64,000 nt of DNA from Alphaproteobacteria bacterium (lineage in GTDB: Bacteria; Pseudomonadota; Alphaproteobacteria; UBA828). Shown here in pieces: positions 19,427 through 29,950 of the stretch; positions within the stretch are counted from its first letter, which is position 1, and each line of letters opens with the position of its first letter. The stretch is from NCBI GenBank assembly GCA_965220745.1, contig CBDCQT010000013.1, positions 992,001-1,056,000 of the forward strand. The letters run 5' to 3'. Made by a program: the position numbers and the translations under genes. The notes below the pieces were generated by a model. The model saw nothing but the letters and a program-made list of their open reading frames with translations, was not told where the DNA came from and searched no databases.

Positions 19427-20044
19427 ATGAGTCAGCCTGCGCGCACGGCCCGCGTCGAGCGGGTCACCAAGGAGACGAGCATTACCGTCGCGGTCGATCT
19501 CGACGGCAGCGGGCGCTCGCGCATCGCCACGGGGATCGGCTTCCTCGATCACATGCTGGAGCAGCTCTCGCGCCACAGCCTGATCGATATCGAGTGCCAG
19601 GCGAAGGGCGATATCGATGTGACGCTGCATCACACGGTCGAGGACACCGGGATCACCATCGGCGAGGCCGTGAGCAAGGCCCTCGGCGAGCGGCGCGGCA
19701 TCCGGCGCTACGGCAGCGCCGTGATCCCCATGGACGAGGCCTGCGCCAGGGTCTCGCTGGATGCGAGCAACCGGCCCTACCTGATCTGGCGGGTCACGTT
19801 CCAGAGGCCGCGCCTCGACGGCATGGACACCGAGCACTTCAAGGAGTGGTTTCAGGCGTTTGCGCAGGCGGCGGGGCTCACGCTCCACGTCGAGGTCATG
19901 TACGGGGAGAATAGCCACCACATGATCGAGGCCTGCTACAAGGGCCTGGCGCGGGCGCTGCGCCAGGCGATCGAGCCCGACCCGCGCATGGCGGGCGAGG
20001 TGCCGTCCACCAAGGGCGTGCTCGGCGGCAGCCTGGAGGCTTGA
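19427..20044 (+). CDS. hisB: imidazoleglycerol-phosphate dehydratase
   Basis: [34 protein letters not shown]. Confidence 0.96.
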   Translation: MSQPARTARVERVTKETSITVAVDLDGSGRSRIATGIGFLDHMLEQLSRHSLIDIECQAKGDIDVTLHHTVEDTGITIGEAVSKALGERRGIRRYGSAVIPMDEACARVSLDASNRPYLIWRVTFQRPRLDGMDTEHFKEWFQAFAQAAGLTLHVEVMYGENSHHMIEACYKGLARALRQAIEPDPRMAGEVPSTKGVLGGSLEA

Positions 20045-20047
20045 GAC

Positions 20048-20524
20048 GTGCGCTTCTACACGGTCCACATTCCGGCTGGCGGCAGCGGCGGGGACGACGG
20101 CGCGCTGGGCCGCGCCGTGCTCGTGCGCGAAGGCTTCAACTGGCTCGCGTTCTTCTTCGCGCCGTTCTGGGCGCTTGCGGAGGGGCTGTGGCTTGCCGCC
20201 CCGGTGCTGATCGTGGCGCTCGGGGCGATCGTCGCGGTGCCCCTGGTGCTGGGCCTCGGGCCGGTTCTGCCGGTGGTGCTCGGCCTCGGCTACGCCGTGC
20301 TCGCCGGCATGTCGGCGAACGACCTGCGCCGGGCCGGGCTGGCCGCGCGGGGCTATCGGCTGGCCGAGGTGGTGGCGGCGCCGAGCCGCGCGCAAGCGCT
20401 CATCCGCTACGCCGAGGCCATGACTCCGGCGCCGGCTTCGCGGCCGGCAGCGGCGGCCGCAAGCGCAGCAGCACCGTCGCCCTGGTCGCGCGGTCTCGAC
20501 CCGAACCCCGGCTTCTGGAGCTGA
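20048..20524 (+). CDS. DUF2628-like membrane protein
   Basis: MRFYTVH...VREGFNWLAFFFAPFWAL; usual position between hisB and hisH. Confidence 0.75.
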   Translation: MRFYTVHIPAGGSGGDDGALGRAVLVREGFNWLAFFFAPFWALAEGLWLAAPVLIVALGAIVAVPLVLGLGPVLPVVLGLGYAVLAGMSANDLRRAGLAARGYRLAEVVAAPSRAQALIRYAEAMTPAPASRPAAAAASAAAPSPWSRGLDPNPGFWS

Positions 20525-20530
20525 CGCGCC

Positions 20531-21163
20531 GTGACCACCGCGATCATCGACTATGGCTCGGGCAATCTGCGCTCCGCCGCCAAGGCCTTCGAGCGGGCCA
20601 CGCCGGCCGAGCCGGTGCTGGTGACCGACGATCCCGACCGGGTGCGGGACGCCGAGCGCATCGTGCTGCCGGGCGTTGGTGCCTTCGCCGACTGCAAGGC
20701 CGGGCTTGCCGCCCGCGAAGGCATGATCGAGGCGCTGGAGGACGCGGTGCTGCGCCGGGGCGTGCCCTTTCTCGGCATCTGCGTCGGCATGCAGCTCATG
20801 GCGCGCGTGGGCCACGAGCACGGCGAGCACGAGGGGCTCGGCTGGATCGACGGCGAGGTGGCGCCGCTCACGCCGGGCGACGAGGCGCTGAAGGTCCCGC
20901 ACATGGGCTGGAACGATCTCGCCCTGGAAGGCGAGACGCATCCGGTCCTGAAGGGCTTGCCGGGCGATGCCCACGCCTACTTCGTGCACAGCTACGGGCT
21001 GACCTGCCGCAAGCCCGACGACGTGTTCGCCACCGTGGACTATGGCGGCCCGGTCACCGCGGTCGCGGGCCGCGACAACATGGTGGGCACGCAATTTCAT
21101 CCCGAGAAGAGCCAAGAGGTGGGCCTGACCGTGATCGGTAACTTCCTTCGGTGGCAGCCATGA
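20531..21163 (+). CDS. hisH: imidazole glycerol phosphate synthase, glutaminase subunit
   Basis: [40 protein letters not shown]. Confidence 0.96.
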   Translation: MTTAIIDYGSGNLRSAAKAFERATPAEPVLVTDDPDRVRDAERIVLPGVGAFADCKAGLAAREGMIEALEDAVLRRGVPFLGICVGMQLMARVGHEHGEHEGLGWIDGEVAPLTPGDEALKVPHMGWNDLALEGETHPVLKGLPGDAHAYFVHSYGLTCRKPDDVFATVDYGGPVTAVAGRDNMVGTQFHPEKSQEVGLTVIGNFLRWQP

Positions 21164-21732
21164 GCCAGCTCGCGACGGTCGGTCCCAGAATCGAGGTCGG
21201 CACGGTCGAGCGGCTGCGCAAGCGGGAGCTTGCGGAGCTTTGCGAGGCCGCCGCCGCCGCCATCAACGACGGCGCCGGCTTCGGCTGGGTGCGCCCGCCA
21301 CAGCCGGCGGCCTTCGAGCGCTACTGGCGGGGCGTCACCGTGGTGCCGGAGCGGATCCTCTTCATCGGCCGCATGGACGGCGTGGTGGCGGGGTCGGTCC
21401 AGCTCGTGTCGGCGCCGCCCCAGAAAGAGGCCTGGCGCCTCTCCTGCCTCATCGACACGCACTTCGTGGCACCCTGGGCGCGCGGGCACGGCCTGGCCCG
21501 GATGCTGCTGGAGGCGGCCGAGGCGGAAGCGCGCGCACGCGGCTACAAGGTGGTGAACCTGAGTGTGCGCGAAACCCAGGAAGCCGCCATCGCGCTCTAC
21601 GAATCTTTGGGTTTCGAGCGCTGGGGCACGCATCCCAAGTACGCGTTCGTGGATGGCGAGCCGATCGCCGGCCATTACTACTGCAAGGACCTGACCGATC
21701 TGACGGACCGGCCGCCGGACGCGGCGCCGTGA
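21160..21732 (+). CDS. GNAT family N-acetyltransferase
   Basis: [12 protein letters not shown] acetyl-CoA motif, [10 protein letters not shown]. Confidence 0.9.
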   Translation: MSQLATVGPRIEVGTVERLRKRELAELCEAAAAAINDGAGFGWVRPPQPAAFERYWRGVTVVPERILFIGRMDGVVAGSVQLVSAPPQKEAWRLSCLIDTHFVAPWARGHGLARMLLEAAEAEARARGYKVVNLSVRETQEAAIALYESLGFERWGTHPKYAFVDGEPIAGHYYCKDLTDLTDRPPDAAP

Positions 21733-22454
21733 TCCTTTTCCCTGCGATCGACCTCAAGGACGGCGCTTGCGTCAGGCTCGTGCAGGGCGACATGGCGCGG
21801 GCCACAGTCTTCTCCGACGACCCGCCGGCGCAGGCGCGGGCCTTCGAGGCGGCGGGCTTTGCCTGGCTTCACATCGTCGATCTCGACGGCGCGTTCGCGG
21901 GCAAGCCGGTCAACGCCGATGCGGTCGGGGCGATCGTCGACGCGGTCGATCTCCCAGTGCAGCTCGGCGGCGGCATCAGGGACATGGCGACCATCGAGGG
22001 TTGGCTGGAGCGCGGCGTGCACCGGGTGATCCTGGGCACCGTGGCGGTGCGCGATCCCGACCTGGTGCGCGATGCCTGCCGGGCCTACCCCGGCCGGGTC
22101 GCGGTCGGCATCGACGCACGCGACGGGCGGGTCGCGGTGGAAGGCTGGGCCGAGACGGTGGACATGGAGGCGCTGGAGCTGGCGCGGCGGTTCGAGGATG
22201 CGGGTGCTGCCGCGATCATCCACACCGACATCGCGCGCGACGGGGCGCTGGAGGGCGTTGCCGCCGCGACAACCGGGGCGCTGGCGCGGGCGCTGGAAAC
22301 GCCGGTCATTGCGTCCGGCGGCGTCGCCTCTCACGCCGACCTCGAAGCGCTCAAGCCGTACGAGGCGGACGGGGTCTGCGGCGTGATCTGCGGCCGGGCG
22401 CTCTACGACGGGCGCATCGACCCGGCGCAGGCGCTCGCGCTGCTCGCCGCCTGA
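21729..22454 (+). CDS. hisA: ProFAR isomerase
   Basis: [29 protein letters not shown]; GTGA overlap with the GNAT stop. Confidence 0.96.
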   Translation: MILFPAIDLKDGACVRLVQGDMARATVFSDDPPAQARAFEAAGFAWLHIVDLDGAFAGKPVNADAVGAIVDAVDLPVQLGGGIRDMATIEGWLERGVHRVILGTVAVRDPDLVRDACRAYPGRVAVGIDARDGRVAVEGWAETVDMEALELARRFEDAGAAAIIHTDIARDGALEGVAAATTGALARALETPVIASGGVASHADLEALKPYEADGVCGVICGRALYDGRIDPAQALALLAA

Positions 22455-22478
22455 ACGCGCCGGTCGCGGCCCCGCGCC

Positions 22479-23234
22479 ATGCTCAAGATGCGCGTCATCC
22501 CGTGCCTCGACGTTCACGCCGGGCGGGTGGTGAAGGGCGTGAACTTCGTCGATCTGGTGGACGCCGGAGACCCGGTGGAGCAGGCCCGGATTTACGACGA
22601 GCAGGGGGCGGACGAGCTCTGCTTCCTCGATATCACCGCCTCCCACGAGCAACGCGACACCATCTACGACGTCGTTGCCGGCACCGCCGAGGTCTGCTTC
22701 ATGCCGCTCACCGTCGGCGGTGGGGTGCGCGCCATCGAGGACGTCCGCGCGCTGCTGCTGGCGGGCGCCGACAAGGTCTCGATCAACACCGCCGCAGTGC
22801 ACAACCCGGCCTTCGTCGCGGAAGCGGCAGAAAAATTCGGCACCCAATGCATCGTCGTCGCCATTGACGCCAAGCGGGTCGCGGGCGGGTTCGAGATCTT
22901 CACTCACGGCGGGCGCAAGCCGACGGGGATCGAGGCCATCGGATGGGCCAGGCGCATGGCGGACGCGGGCGCGGGCGAAATCCTGCTGACCTCGATGGAC
23001 CGGGACGGCACCCGCGTGGGCTTTGATCTCGAACTGACGCGCGCCGTGGCGGACGCGATCACGATTCCGGTGATCGCGTCGGGCGGCGTCGGTACCCTCG
23101 ATCACCTGGTGGAGGGCATCCGCGACGGCCACGCGACGGCGGTGCTGGCGGCCTCCATCTTCCATTTCGGCGAGCACTCCATCGGCGAGGCGAAGGCGCA
23201 CATGCGCGCCGCCGGCATCCCCATGCGGCCATGA
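22479..23234 (+). CDS. hisF: imidazole glycerol phosphate synthase, cyclase subunit
   Basis: [46 protein letters not shown]. Confidence 0.97.
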   Translation: MLKMRVIPCLDVHAGRVVKGVNFVDLVDAGDPVEQARIYDEQGADELCFLDITASHEQRDTIYDVVAGTAEVCFMPLTVGGGVRAIEDVRALLLAGADKVSINTAAVHNPAFVAEAAEKFGTQCIVVAIDAKRVAGGFEIFTHGGRKPTGIEAIGWARRMADAGAGEILLTSMDRDGTRVGFDLELTRAVADAITIPVIASGGVGTLDHLVEGIRDGHATAVLAASIFHFGEHSIGEAKAHMRAAGIPMRP

Positions 23235-23286
23235 CGGCGCCGGTGAATTCTGATACCCAACGCGCGGAGCGAGACGGGGCGGCAGG

Positions 23287-23634
23287 ATGAAGAGTGCGCA
23301 GGCCGGCAGCGTCATCGAAGAGCTGTACGGCGTCATCGAGAAACGCAAGGGCGGCGACCCGGAGACCTCCTACGTCGCGCGCACCTTCGCGCGCGGCCGG
23401 GAGCACGTGGCGAAGAAGGTGGGGGAGGAAGGCGTCGAGGTGGCGCTCGCCGGTGCGCTCGGCGACAAGAAGGGCATCGTCTCCGAGAGCGCGGACCTGC
23501 TGTTCCATCTTCTAGTCCTGTGGTCGGCCGCAGGCGTCAAGCCGGCCGACGTGTTCGACGAACTCTCGAAGAGGCGCGGCGTCTCGGGGCTGGCGCGCGA
23601 GGCGAGCAAAGGCAAGTCCGGGGACGAGCGATGA
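23287..23634 (+). CDS. hisE: phosphoribosyl-ATP diphosphatase
   Basis: KKVGEEGVE, ESADLLFH, RRGVSG. Confidence 0.94.
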   Translation: MKSAQAGSVIEELYGVIEKRKGGDPETSYVARTFARGREHVAKKVGEEGVEVALAGALGDKKGIVSESADLLFHLLVLWSAAGVKPADVFDELSKRRGVSGLAREASKGKSGDER

Positions 23635-23993
23635 GCTACGACGACAGCAACATATTCGCCAGGATCCTGCGCGGCGAGATTCCGAACGATACCGTCTACG
23701 AGGATGATGCCGTTCTCGCCTTTCGCGACATTTCGCCGCAGGCGCCGGTGCACGTGCTGGTGATCCCCAAGGGTGCTTACGTCTCGCTCGACGACTTCAC
23801 CCAGAAGGCCTCGGCCGAGGAGGTGGGGCGCTTTTTCAAGACGGTGGGCGAGATCGCCCGCTCGCTCGGGCTTGAGCAGGACGGTTTCCGCACCATCGCC
23901 AACACCGGCGTCAACGGCGGTCAGGAAGTGCCGCACTTCCACGTTCACCTTTGTGGCGGCCGGCGCCTCGGGCGCATGATCGCCAAGGCCTGA
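23631..23993 (+). CDS. histidine triad nucleotide-binding protein (HinT-like)
   Basis: NIFARILRGEIP, QEVPHFHVH HIT motif. Confidence 0.93.
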   Translation: MSYDDSNIFARILRGEIPNDTVYEDDAVLAFRDISPQAPVHVLVIPKGAYVSLDDFTQKASAEEVGRFFKTVGEIARSLGLEQDGFRTIANTGVNGGQEVPHFHVHLCGGRRLGRMIAKA

Positions 23994-24026
23994 TCGCGGC
24001 CGGGCGGTCTCGGTCGGCGCCTCCCG

Positions 24027-25547
24027 TTATCCGTAAGGGCCGATTCGGCGATAGGAGAGCGCCTCGGCGATATGCCGGCGCGCGACGGTCTCGGCGCTGC
24101 CCAAGTCCGCAATCGTGCGCGCGACCTTGAGCACGCGGTGGTGGCCGCGCGCCGAAAGCCTGAGCCGGTCGGTCGCCTCGGCGAGCAATTCCCGCCCGCC
24201 CTCGTCGGGCGCGGCAATTCGGGTGAGCAGCTCGCCCTCGGCCTCGGCATTGGTGCGGATGTCCGGCGGCGCGTCCAGCGTGCGAAAGCGGGCAAGCTGG
24301 GCCGCGCGGGCGGCCGCGACCCGAGCCGCGACTTCGGTCGAGCCTTCTGCGGGCGGCGGCAGTGTCAGATCGGCGGCCGAAAGCTCCGGCACCTCGACAT
24401 GGAGGTCGATCCGGTCATAGAGCGGGCCCGAGATGCGCGCCTGGTAGTCCTGCGCGCAGCGCGGCGCACGGGTGCAGGCGCGCGCCGGGTCGGAGAGGTA
24501 ACCGCAGCGGCACGGGTTCATCGCGGCGACGAGCTGGAAGCGCGCGGGATAGCGCACGTGGGCGTTGGCGCGGGCCACCGCCACGGCGCCGCTCTCGATG
24601 GGCTGGCGCAGCGCGTCGAGCACGGGGCGGGGGAACTCGGGCAGCTCGTCCAGGAACAGGACCCCGAGATGGGCGAGCGAGACCTCGCCAGGGCTGGCAC
24701 GGACGCCGCCGCCCACCATCGCCGCCATCGAGGCCGAGTGGTGCGGATCGCGGAAGGGCCGGCTGCGGGTCAGCCCGTTTTCTCCAAGGACGCCCGCGAC
24801 CGAGGCGATCATGCTGACGCTCAACGCCTCCTCGGGCGCGAGCGGCGGGAGGATGCCGGGCAGGCGCGAGGCCAGCATCGACTTGCCGGTGCCGGGCGGG
24901 CCGATCATGAGCAGATTGTGGCCGCCGGCAGCGGCCACTTCGAGGGCACGCTTGGCGGTCTCCTGCCCCTTGATGTCGCGGAGGTCGGAATAGCGCGGGG
25001 GCGCGGCGAGTGCCGCCGCCTTGGGCGGTGCCTGCAGCTGCGTTCCCTTGAAGTGGTTGATGAGCGCCAGCAGGTCAGCAGGCGCCACGACCTCGCCACC
25101 ACCGGCCCAGGCGGCCTCCGTGCCGTTGGCCGCCGGGCAGATCAGCCCGCGCTCGCGCGCGTTTGCGCCGATGGCGGCCGGCAGAACGCCCGCCACTGGT
25201 ATCAGCGCGCCGTCGAGACCGAGCTCACCGAGCGCGACATAGGTGCCGAGATCCTCCGCCGACAGCACTTCCATCGCCATCAGCAGCCCGAGCGCAATCG
25301 GCAAATCGAAGTGGCTGCCTTCCTTCTGCATGTCCGCCGGCGCGAGGTTCACGATGATCCGCCTTGCCGGCAGCGCGAGCCCGAGACCGGCGAGCGCGCC
25401 GCGCACCCGCTCCCGGCTTTCCGCCACCGCCTTGTCAGGGAGACCAACCACCATGAACGCGGGCATGCCCCCGCCGATATGTACCTGCACGTCGACCGGC
25501 AACGCCTCGATGCCCTGGAAGGCGACGGTCTCGACGTGGGCAACCAT
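24027..25547 (-). CDS. comM: YifB/ComM family Mg-chelatase-like AAA+ ATPase
   Basis: VGLPDKAVAESRERV, GPPGTGKS, PHHSAS, LFLDELPEF, AAMNPC. Confidence 0.93.
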   Translation of the reverse strand: MVAHVETVAFQGIEALPVDVQVHIGGGMPAFMVVGLPDKAVAESRERVRGALAGLGLALPARRIIVNLAPADMQKEGSHFDLPIALGLLMAMEVLSAEDLGTYVALGELGLDGALIPVAGVLPAAIGANARERGLICPAANGTEAAWAGGGEVVAPADLLALINHFKGTQLQAPPKAAALAAPPRYSDLRDIKGQETAKRALEVAAAGGHNLLMIGPPGTGKSMLASRLPGILPPLAPEEALSVSMIASVAGVLGENGLTRSRPFRDPHHSASMAAMVGGGVRASPGEVSLAHLGVLFLDELPEFPRPVLDALRQPIESGAVAVARANAHVRYPARFQLVAAMNPCRCGYLSDPARACTRAPRCAQDYQARISGPLYDRIDLHVEVPELSAADLTLPPPAEGSTEVAARVAAARAAQLARFRTLDAPPDIRTNAEAEGELLTRIAAPDEGGRELLAEATDRLRLSARGHHRVLKVARTIADLGSAETVARRHIAEALSYRRIGPYG

Positions 25548-25700
25548 GGGGCAACTCTGGACTGACCCACCCGCTCGATGACTAGCGGGCGCACATGCTC
25601 GTCCGGTTTCATATCAGAATCGGTATGATCGCGCAGCCTCCACGGAAGGCGGGTGTGTTCGATGCTGGTCCGGCGGCGGGGCGGGGGCTATGCTCGCGCC

Positions 25701-26402
25701 ATGCCCGGGACCGTCGAACGCTGGGGCGCAAGCACCGATCTCGCCGTGCTGGACCGGCTGGTGCCGGTGCACGGTCATTCGCTCATCGATGTCGGTTGCG
25801 GCGGCGGCGCGCTGGCCCGTGCGCTGGCCGAGCGCGGCGCCACGGTGCTGGGCGTCGAGCCGGACCCGGTTCAGGCGAAGCGCAATCGCGAGGCCCCGGA
25901 GACCGAGGCCGTGACCTTCGTCGAGGGGCGGGCCGAGTTGCTTCCGGCCGACGACGGTTCGGTCGACGGGGTGATCTTCGGGCGCTCCCTGCATCACGTG
26001 CCGCAAGCCGCCATGCGCCCCGCGCTCACCGAGGCGCTCCGCGTGCTCGCGCCGGGCGGCTTCGTCTACGTGATGGAGCCGGTGATGGAGGGGCCGTTCT
26101 CGGCGGTCATCAAGCCCTTCCACGACGAGACCGAGGTCCGCGCCCAGGCGCGCGAGGCGGTGTGCGAGGCGGAGCCCCTCTTCGCCCGCGCGCGCGAGGT
26201 CCACTACGACATCGAGCGCCGATTCGAGAGCCACGACGAGTTCGTCGAGCTCTTCTCCGGCCTCTCCTACAACAGCTATGGCGCCGATGCGGTGCGGAGC
26301 GAGACCGTGAAGCGCCTGTTCGAGGCCGGCCGCACGGACGCCGGCGATTACGCCTTCGTGCAACCGATGCGGGTCGACCTGCTCTTCGCCGACTCCGAAT
26401 GA
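25701..26402 (+). CDS. class I SAM-dependent methyltransferase
   Basis: IDVGCGGG, SLHHV, RVLAPGG. Confidence 0.9.
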   Translation: MPGTVERWGASTDLAVLDRLVPVHGHSLIDVGCGGGALARALAERGATVLGVEPDPVQAKRNREAPETEAVTFVEGRAELLPADDGSVDGVIFGRSLHHVPQAAMRPALTEALRVLAPGGFVYVMEPVMEGPFSAVIKPFHDETEVRAQAREAVCEAEPLFARAREVHYDIERRFESHDEFVELFSGLSYNSYGADAVRSETVKRLFEAGRTDAGDYAFVQPMRVDLLFADSE

Positions 26403-27859
26403 GCGACGCCGGCGCTCTCGCGCTCATTTCCGTTGCCGAGATGTATGCGGCCGACGCGGCGGCGGCACGCGCGGGCACGCCGGGGCTCACGCTGATGGAG
26501 AACGCCGGACGGGCAGTGGCGGACGCCATCGTGCGGCGCTGGGGGACGCGACCGGTGGCGGTGCTCTGCGGCCCCGGCAACAACGGCGGGGACGGGTTCG
26601 TCGTCGCGCGGCTGCTGGCGGAGGCCGGCTGGCCGGTGCGGCTCGGGCTCCTGGGCGCCCGAGAACGCCTCAAGGGCGACGCTGCAGCCATGGCCGAACG
26701 GTGGGAGCACCCGGTCGAACCGCTCGATCCGGCGCTGCTCGGGGGCGAGCCGCTGGTGGTCGATGCGCTGTTCGGCGCCGGGTTGACGCGGCCGCTGGAG
26801 GGCGTGGCACTGGCGCTCGCCGAATCCTGCGCCGGGCGCGATCTGCCCTGCGTCGCGGTCGACATCCCGAGCGGCGTGCACGGCGATACCGGCGAGGTCC
26901 TGGGTGGGTCGTTCGAGGCTGCGGTGACCGTGACCTTCGGCCGGCGCAAGTACGGGCACCTTCTGTTGCCGGGGCGCGCGCGTGCCGGCGAAGTGGTGGT
27001 TGCCGATATCGGCATTCCGGCGGCGGCGATCGACGAGCTGGCGCTTTGGGTGCACGAGAACGCGCCGCCGCTCTGGCGAGAGCTGCTGCCCTACCCCGAA
27101 GCAACCGATCACAAGTACAGCCGAGGCCATGCCCTCGTGGTGGGCGGCGACGGCGCGCATTCCGGCGCGGCGCGGCTCGCGGCGCGCGCGGCGCTCCGCG
27201 TGGGCGCCGGTCTGGTCACGGTCCACGCGCCCGAAGCTGCGTTGCCCGTCTATGCGTCCCAGTTAACCGCCGTCATGGTGGCGTCCCTGGACGATCTGGG
27301 GGCGGCGCTTGCCGACGAGCGCCGCAACGCGCTACTGATCGGCCCCGGCTGCGGCGTGAGCCCCGCGACCCGCGCGCAGACGCTCCAGGCACTCGGCGCG
27401 GGGAAACGCTGCGTGCTGGACGCCGATGCGCTCACCGCGTTTCAGGAGGAGCCGGCCGCGCTCTTCGCGGCGCTCGGGCCCGGTGCGGTGCTGACCCCGC
27501 ACGAGGGGGAATACCGGCGTCTCTTCGCCCACGAGGGCGACAAGCTCTCCCGTGCCCGTGCCGCAGCGGCGGAATGCGGGGCCGTGGTGGTTTTGAAAGG
27601 CGCGGATTCCGTGATCGCGGCGCCCGACGGCCGCGCGGCGATCAATGCCAATGCGCCGCCGACGCTGGCGACCGCGGGCTCGGGCGATGTCCTGGCCGGC
27701 TTCATCCTCGGCCTGCTGGCGCAGGGGATGCCGACGTTCGAGGCTGCCGCTGCGGGAGTTTGGCTGCACGGCGCCGCGGCGGCCGCCTTCGGCCCCGGTT
27801 TGATCGCCGAGGACCTGAGCGAATCGCTGCCGAGAGTGCTGCGAAATCTGAGACTATGA
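26399..27859 (+). CDS. nnr: bifunctional NAD(P)H-hydrate epimerase/dehydratase
   Basis: LMENAG, GPGNNGGDG, VDALFGAG, HKYSRG, LDADAL, TPHEGE, LATAGSGDVLAG. Confidence 0.94.
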   Translation: MSDAGALALISVAEMYAADAAAARAGTPGLTLMENAGRAVADAIVRRWGTRPVAVLCGPGNNGGDGFVVARLLAEAGWPVRLGLLGARERLKGDAAAMAERWEHPVEPLDPALLGGEPLVVDALFGAGLTRPLEGVALALAESCAGRDLPCVAVDIPSGVHGDTGEVLGGSFEAAVTVTFGRRKYGHLLLPGRARAGEVVVADIGIPAAAIDELALWVHENAPPLWRELLPYPEATDHKYSRGHALVVGGDGAHSGAARLAARAALRVGAGLVTVHAPEAALPVYASQLTAVMVASLDDLGAALADERRNALLIGPGCGVSPATRAQTLQALGAGKRCVLDADALTAFQEEPAALFAALGPGAVLTPHEGEYRRLFAHEGDKLSRARAAAAECGAVVVLKGADSVIAAPDGRAAINANAPPTLATAGSGDVLAGFILGLLAQGMPTFEAAAAGVWLHGAAAAAFGPGLIAEDLSESLPRVLRNLRL

Positions 27860-27993
27860 GCAGAGGACGGCTCGAGCGGTACAGGAGCACCGAGGCCGAC
27901 GGTACGCGCCATGCCTTCCATGAAATTTTATTTATAAATTTTAACAGGTAGGGGTGAGCGCCGAACAAGGGTAGTGCTCGTGCACGCTTATAT

Positions 27994-28022
27994 TTGACAG
28001 CCTCGGAGAACGTGGTCATGGT
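27994..28022 (+). promoter_or_regulatory. putative sigma70 promoter of amt
   Basis: TTGACA-N17-CATGGT about 37 nt before the amt start; -10 box weak. Confidence 0.35.
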
Positions 28023-28058
28023 TGACAAAACCGTGAATAAGGGGACAGGGACCCGGCT

Positions 28059-29489
28059 ATGCGGCAGGAGTATAGAAGTACACGCGGAATAGTACCGAAG
28101 CTTACTTTCGCAGGCCTTTCGCCCTTCAGATTCACCGGCAGATCCCGCTGGCGGACCGTCGGTCTGGTCCTCGTCCTCACGCTCTCGCTCGTGTTCGTGG
28201 TGCCGCAGGCCTACGCCGCGGTCACCGCCGAGACGCAGTTCATCCTCAACAGCTTCTCGTTCCTCATCTGGGGCGCGCTGGTGATGTGGATGTGCGCCGG
28301 CTTCACCATGCTGGAAGCCGGATCGGTCCGCACCAAGAACGCGTCCGTCATCTGCCTCAAGAACATCGGCCTCTATTCCATCGCCGGCCTCACCTACTAC
28401 CTGGTCGGTTACAACCTCATGTACGTCGATGTGGTGAGCTGGGTCGGATCGTTCGCGCTGCCCTATTCGACGACGCCCGAGGAGATCGCTCTGCTCGGCG
28501 GCGACGAAGCCGCGGCCGAGGCGGTCATAGAGGGCGGCTATTCCACGATGTCCGACTGGTTCTTCCAGATGGTGTTCGTGGCGACCACCGCCTCGATCGT
28601 CTCGGGCACCTTGGCCGAACGCGTGAAGCTCTGGTCGTTCTTCATTTTCATCGCGCTGCTGACCGCCTTCATCTATCCGGTGATCGGCTCCTGGACCTGG
28701 GGCGGCGGCTGGCTCTCCCAGATGGGGTTCCAGGACTTCGCCGGGTCCACGATCGTGCATTCGACCGGCGGCTGGGCGGCTCTCGCCGGCGCCATGATCG
28801 TCGGCGCACGGAAGGGCAAGTTCCGCGCCGATGGCAGCGTCAAGGTGACGTCGCCTTCCAACGTGCCGGCGGTGACGCTCGGGGTCTTCATCCTCTGGCT
28901 CGGCTGGTTTGGGTTCAACGGGGGCTCGCAACTCGCGCTGAGCGGGGCGATCGACGCGGTGGCGTTGAGCAACATCCTGGCCAACACCAACCTCGCGGCG
29001 GCGGCCGGCGTGCTCGCGGCGATCACACTCTCGCGGCCGATCATGGGTCGTGTCGACCTGATCACCAGCCTGAACGGCGCCATCGCCGGCCTGGTGGCGA
29101 TCACCGCCGGACCCGACATCGTCGATCACTACTTCGCGGTCATCATCGGTGCGATCGGCGGCGCGATCGTCGTGCTCGGCGTGAAGCTCCTCGAGATTGT
29201 CAAGGTGGACGATGTCGTCGGCGCGGTTCCGGCGCATCTCTTCGCCGGGGTGTGGGGGACGCTCGCAGTCTGCATTGCGGCCGGCGGCGACCCCGGCGTG
29301 CAGATCATCGGTATCCTCGCGATCGGCGCCTTCGTCTTCGGCACCTCGTACCTGGCGTGGTTCATCCTCGACAAGTCCCCGCTCCGGGCGCGGATCCCAG
29401 AGGCGCACGAGGAGCTTGGTCAGGATGCGGCGGAGCTCGGCATTGAGTCTTACCCGGAATTCGTGCTAATGCCCGAAACAGACGACTGA
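28059..29489 (+). CDS. amt: ammonium transporter (Amt family)
   Basis: FFQMVF, ERVK, DFAGSTIVH and DDVVGAVPAH twin-His motifs, LWLGWFGFNGGS. Confidence 0.95.
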   Translation: MRQEYRSTRGIVPKLTFAGLSPFRFTGRSRWRTVGLVLVLTLSLVFVVPQAYAAVTAETQFILNSFSFLIWGALVMWMCAGFTMLEAGSVRTKNASVICLKNIGLYSIAGLTYYLVGYNLMYVDVVSWVGSFALPYSTTPEEIALLGGDEAAAEAVIEGGYSTMSDWFFQMVFVATTASIVSGTLAERVKLWSFFIFIALLTAFIYPVIGSWTWGGGWLSQMGFQDFAGSTIVHSTGGWAALAGAMIVGARKGKFRADGSVKVTSPSNVPAVTLGVFILWLGWFGFNGGSQLALSGAIDAVALSNILANTNLAAAAGVLAAITLSRPIMGRVDLITSLNGAIAGLVAITAGPDIVDHYFAVIIGAIGGAIVVLGVKLLEIVKVDDVVGAVPAHLFAGVWGTLAVCIAAGGDPGVQIIGILAIGAFVFGTSYLAWFILDKSPLRARIPEAHEELGQDAAELGIESYPEFVLMPETDD

Positions 29490-29611
29490 CGCCGTCGCGC
29501 CACGGTGTGCGGGGAGGGCCGCGGCGCTTTGGAATCCACGCGAGTTAGAGTGTGGCGCGCCCCCAAACAAGGTATATGATCGTACCAGCACGGTCTTAGG
29601 AGACGACGGCG

Positions 29612-29950
29612 ATGGAGTTGACGATCGAACGCGGCGATAACGCCCTGACCGCCAGCGTGAATGGGCGCATCGACAGCACCAATGCCCGTGATTTCGAGGA
29701 AGCGATCCGAACCAAGATCGAAGACGGCGACCGCGCCGTGATCATGGACTTCGAGAACCTCTCCTACATCAGCAGTGCGGGGCTCCGGGCCGTGCTGATG
29801 ACCGCCAAGACCCTGTGGAAGCGGGACGCCAAGTTTGCACTTTGCTCGCTCTCGGGCCCGGTCAAGGAAGTGTTCGAGATCAGCGGCTTCGACAAGATCA
29901 TCCCGATCCACGATACCCGAGAAGGGGCGCTGAGCTCACTCGACAATTAG
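29612..29950 (+). CDS. STAS-domain anti-sigma factor antagonist (RsbV/SpoIIAA-like)
   Basis: GRIDS, YISSAGLR phospho-Ser motif, EVFEISGF. Confidence 0.92.
   Translation: MELTIERGDNALTASVNGRIDSTNARDFEEAIRTKIEDGDRAVIMDFENLSYISSAGLRAVLMTAKTLWKRDAKFALCSLSGPVKEVFEISGFDKIIPIHDTREGALSSLDN

Noticed and set aside
25595-27859. 754-aa fusion ORF, and similar long extensions at 33184, 36841, 44274, 21240 and 53767-55806
   Set aside because: The extensions are off-frame, Arg/Gly-rich read-through over neighbouring real genes, expected in high-GC DNA. True starts have RBSs or stop-start overlaps.
27856-27951. 31-aa ORF overlapping the nnr stop as a possible amt leader peptide
   Set aside because: It crosses the AT-rich promoter tract, has atypical codons and shows no attenuator structure.
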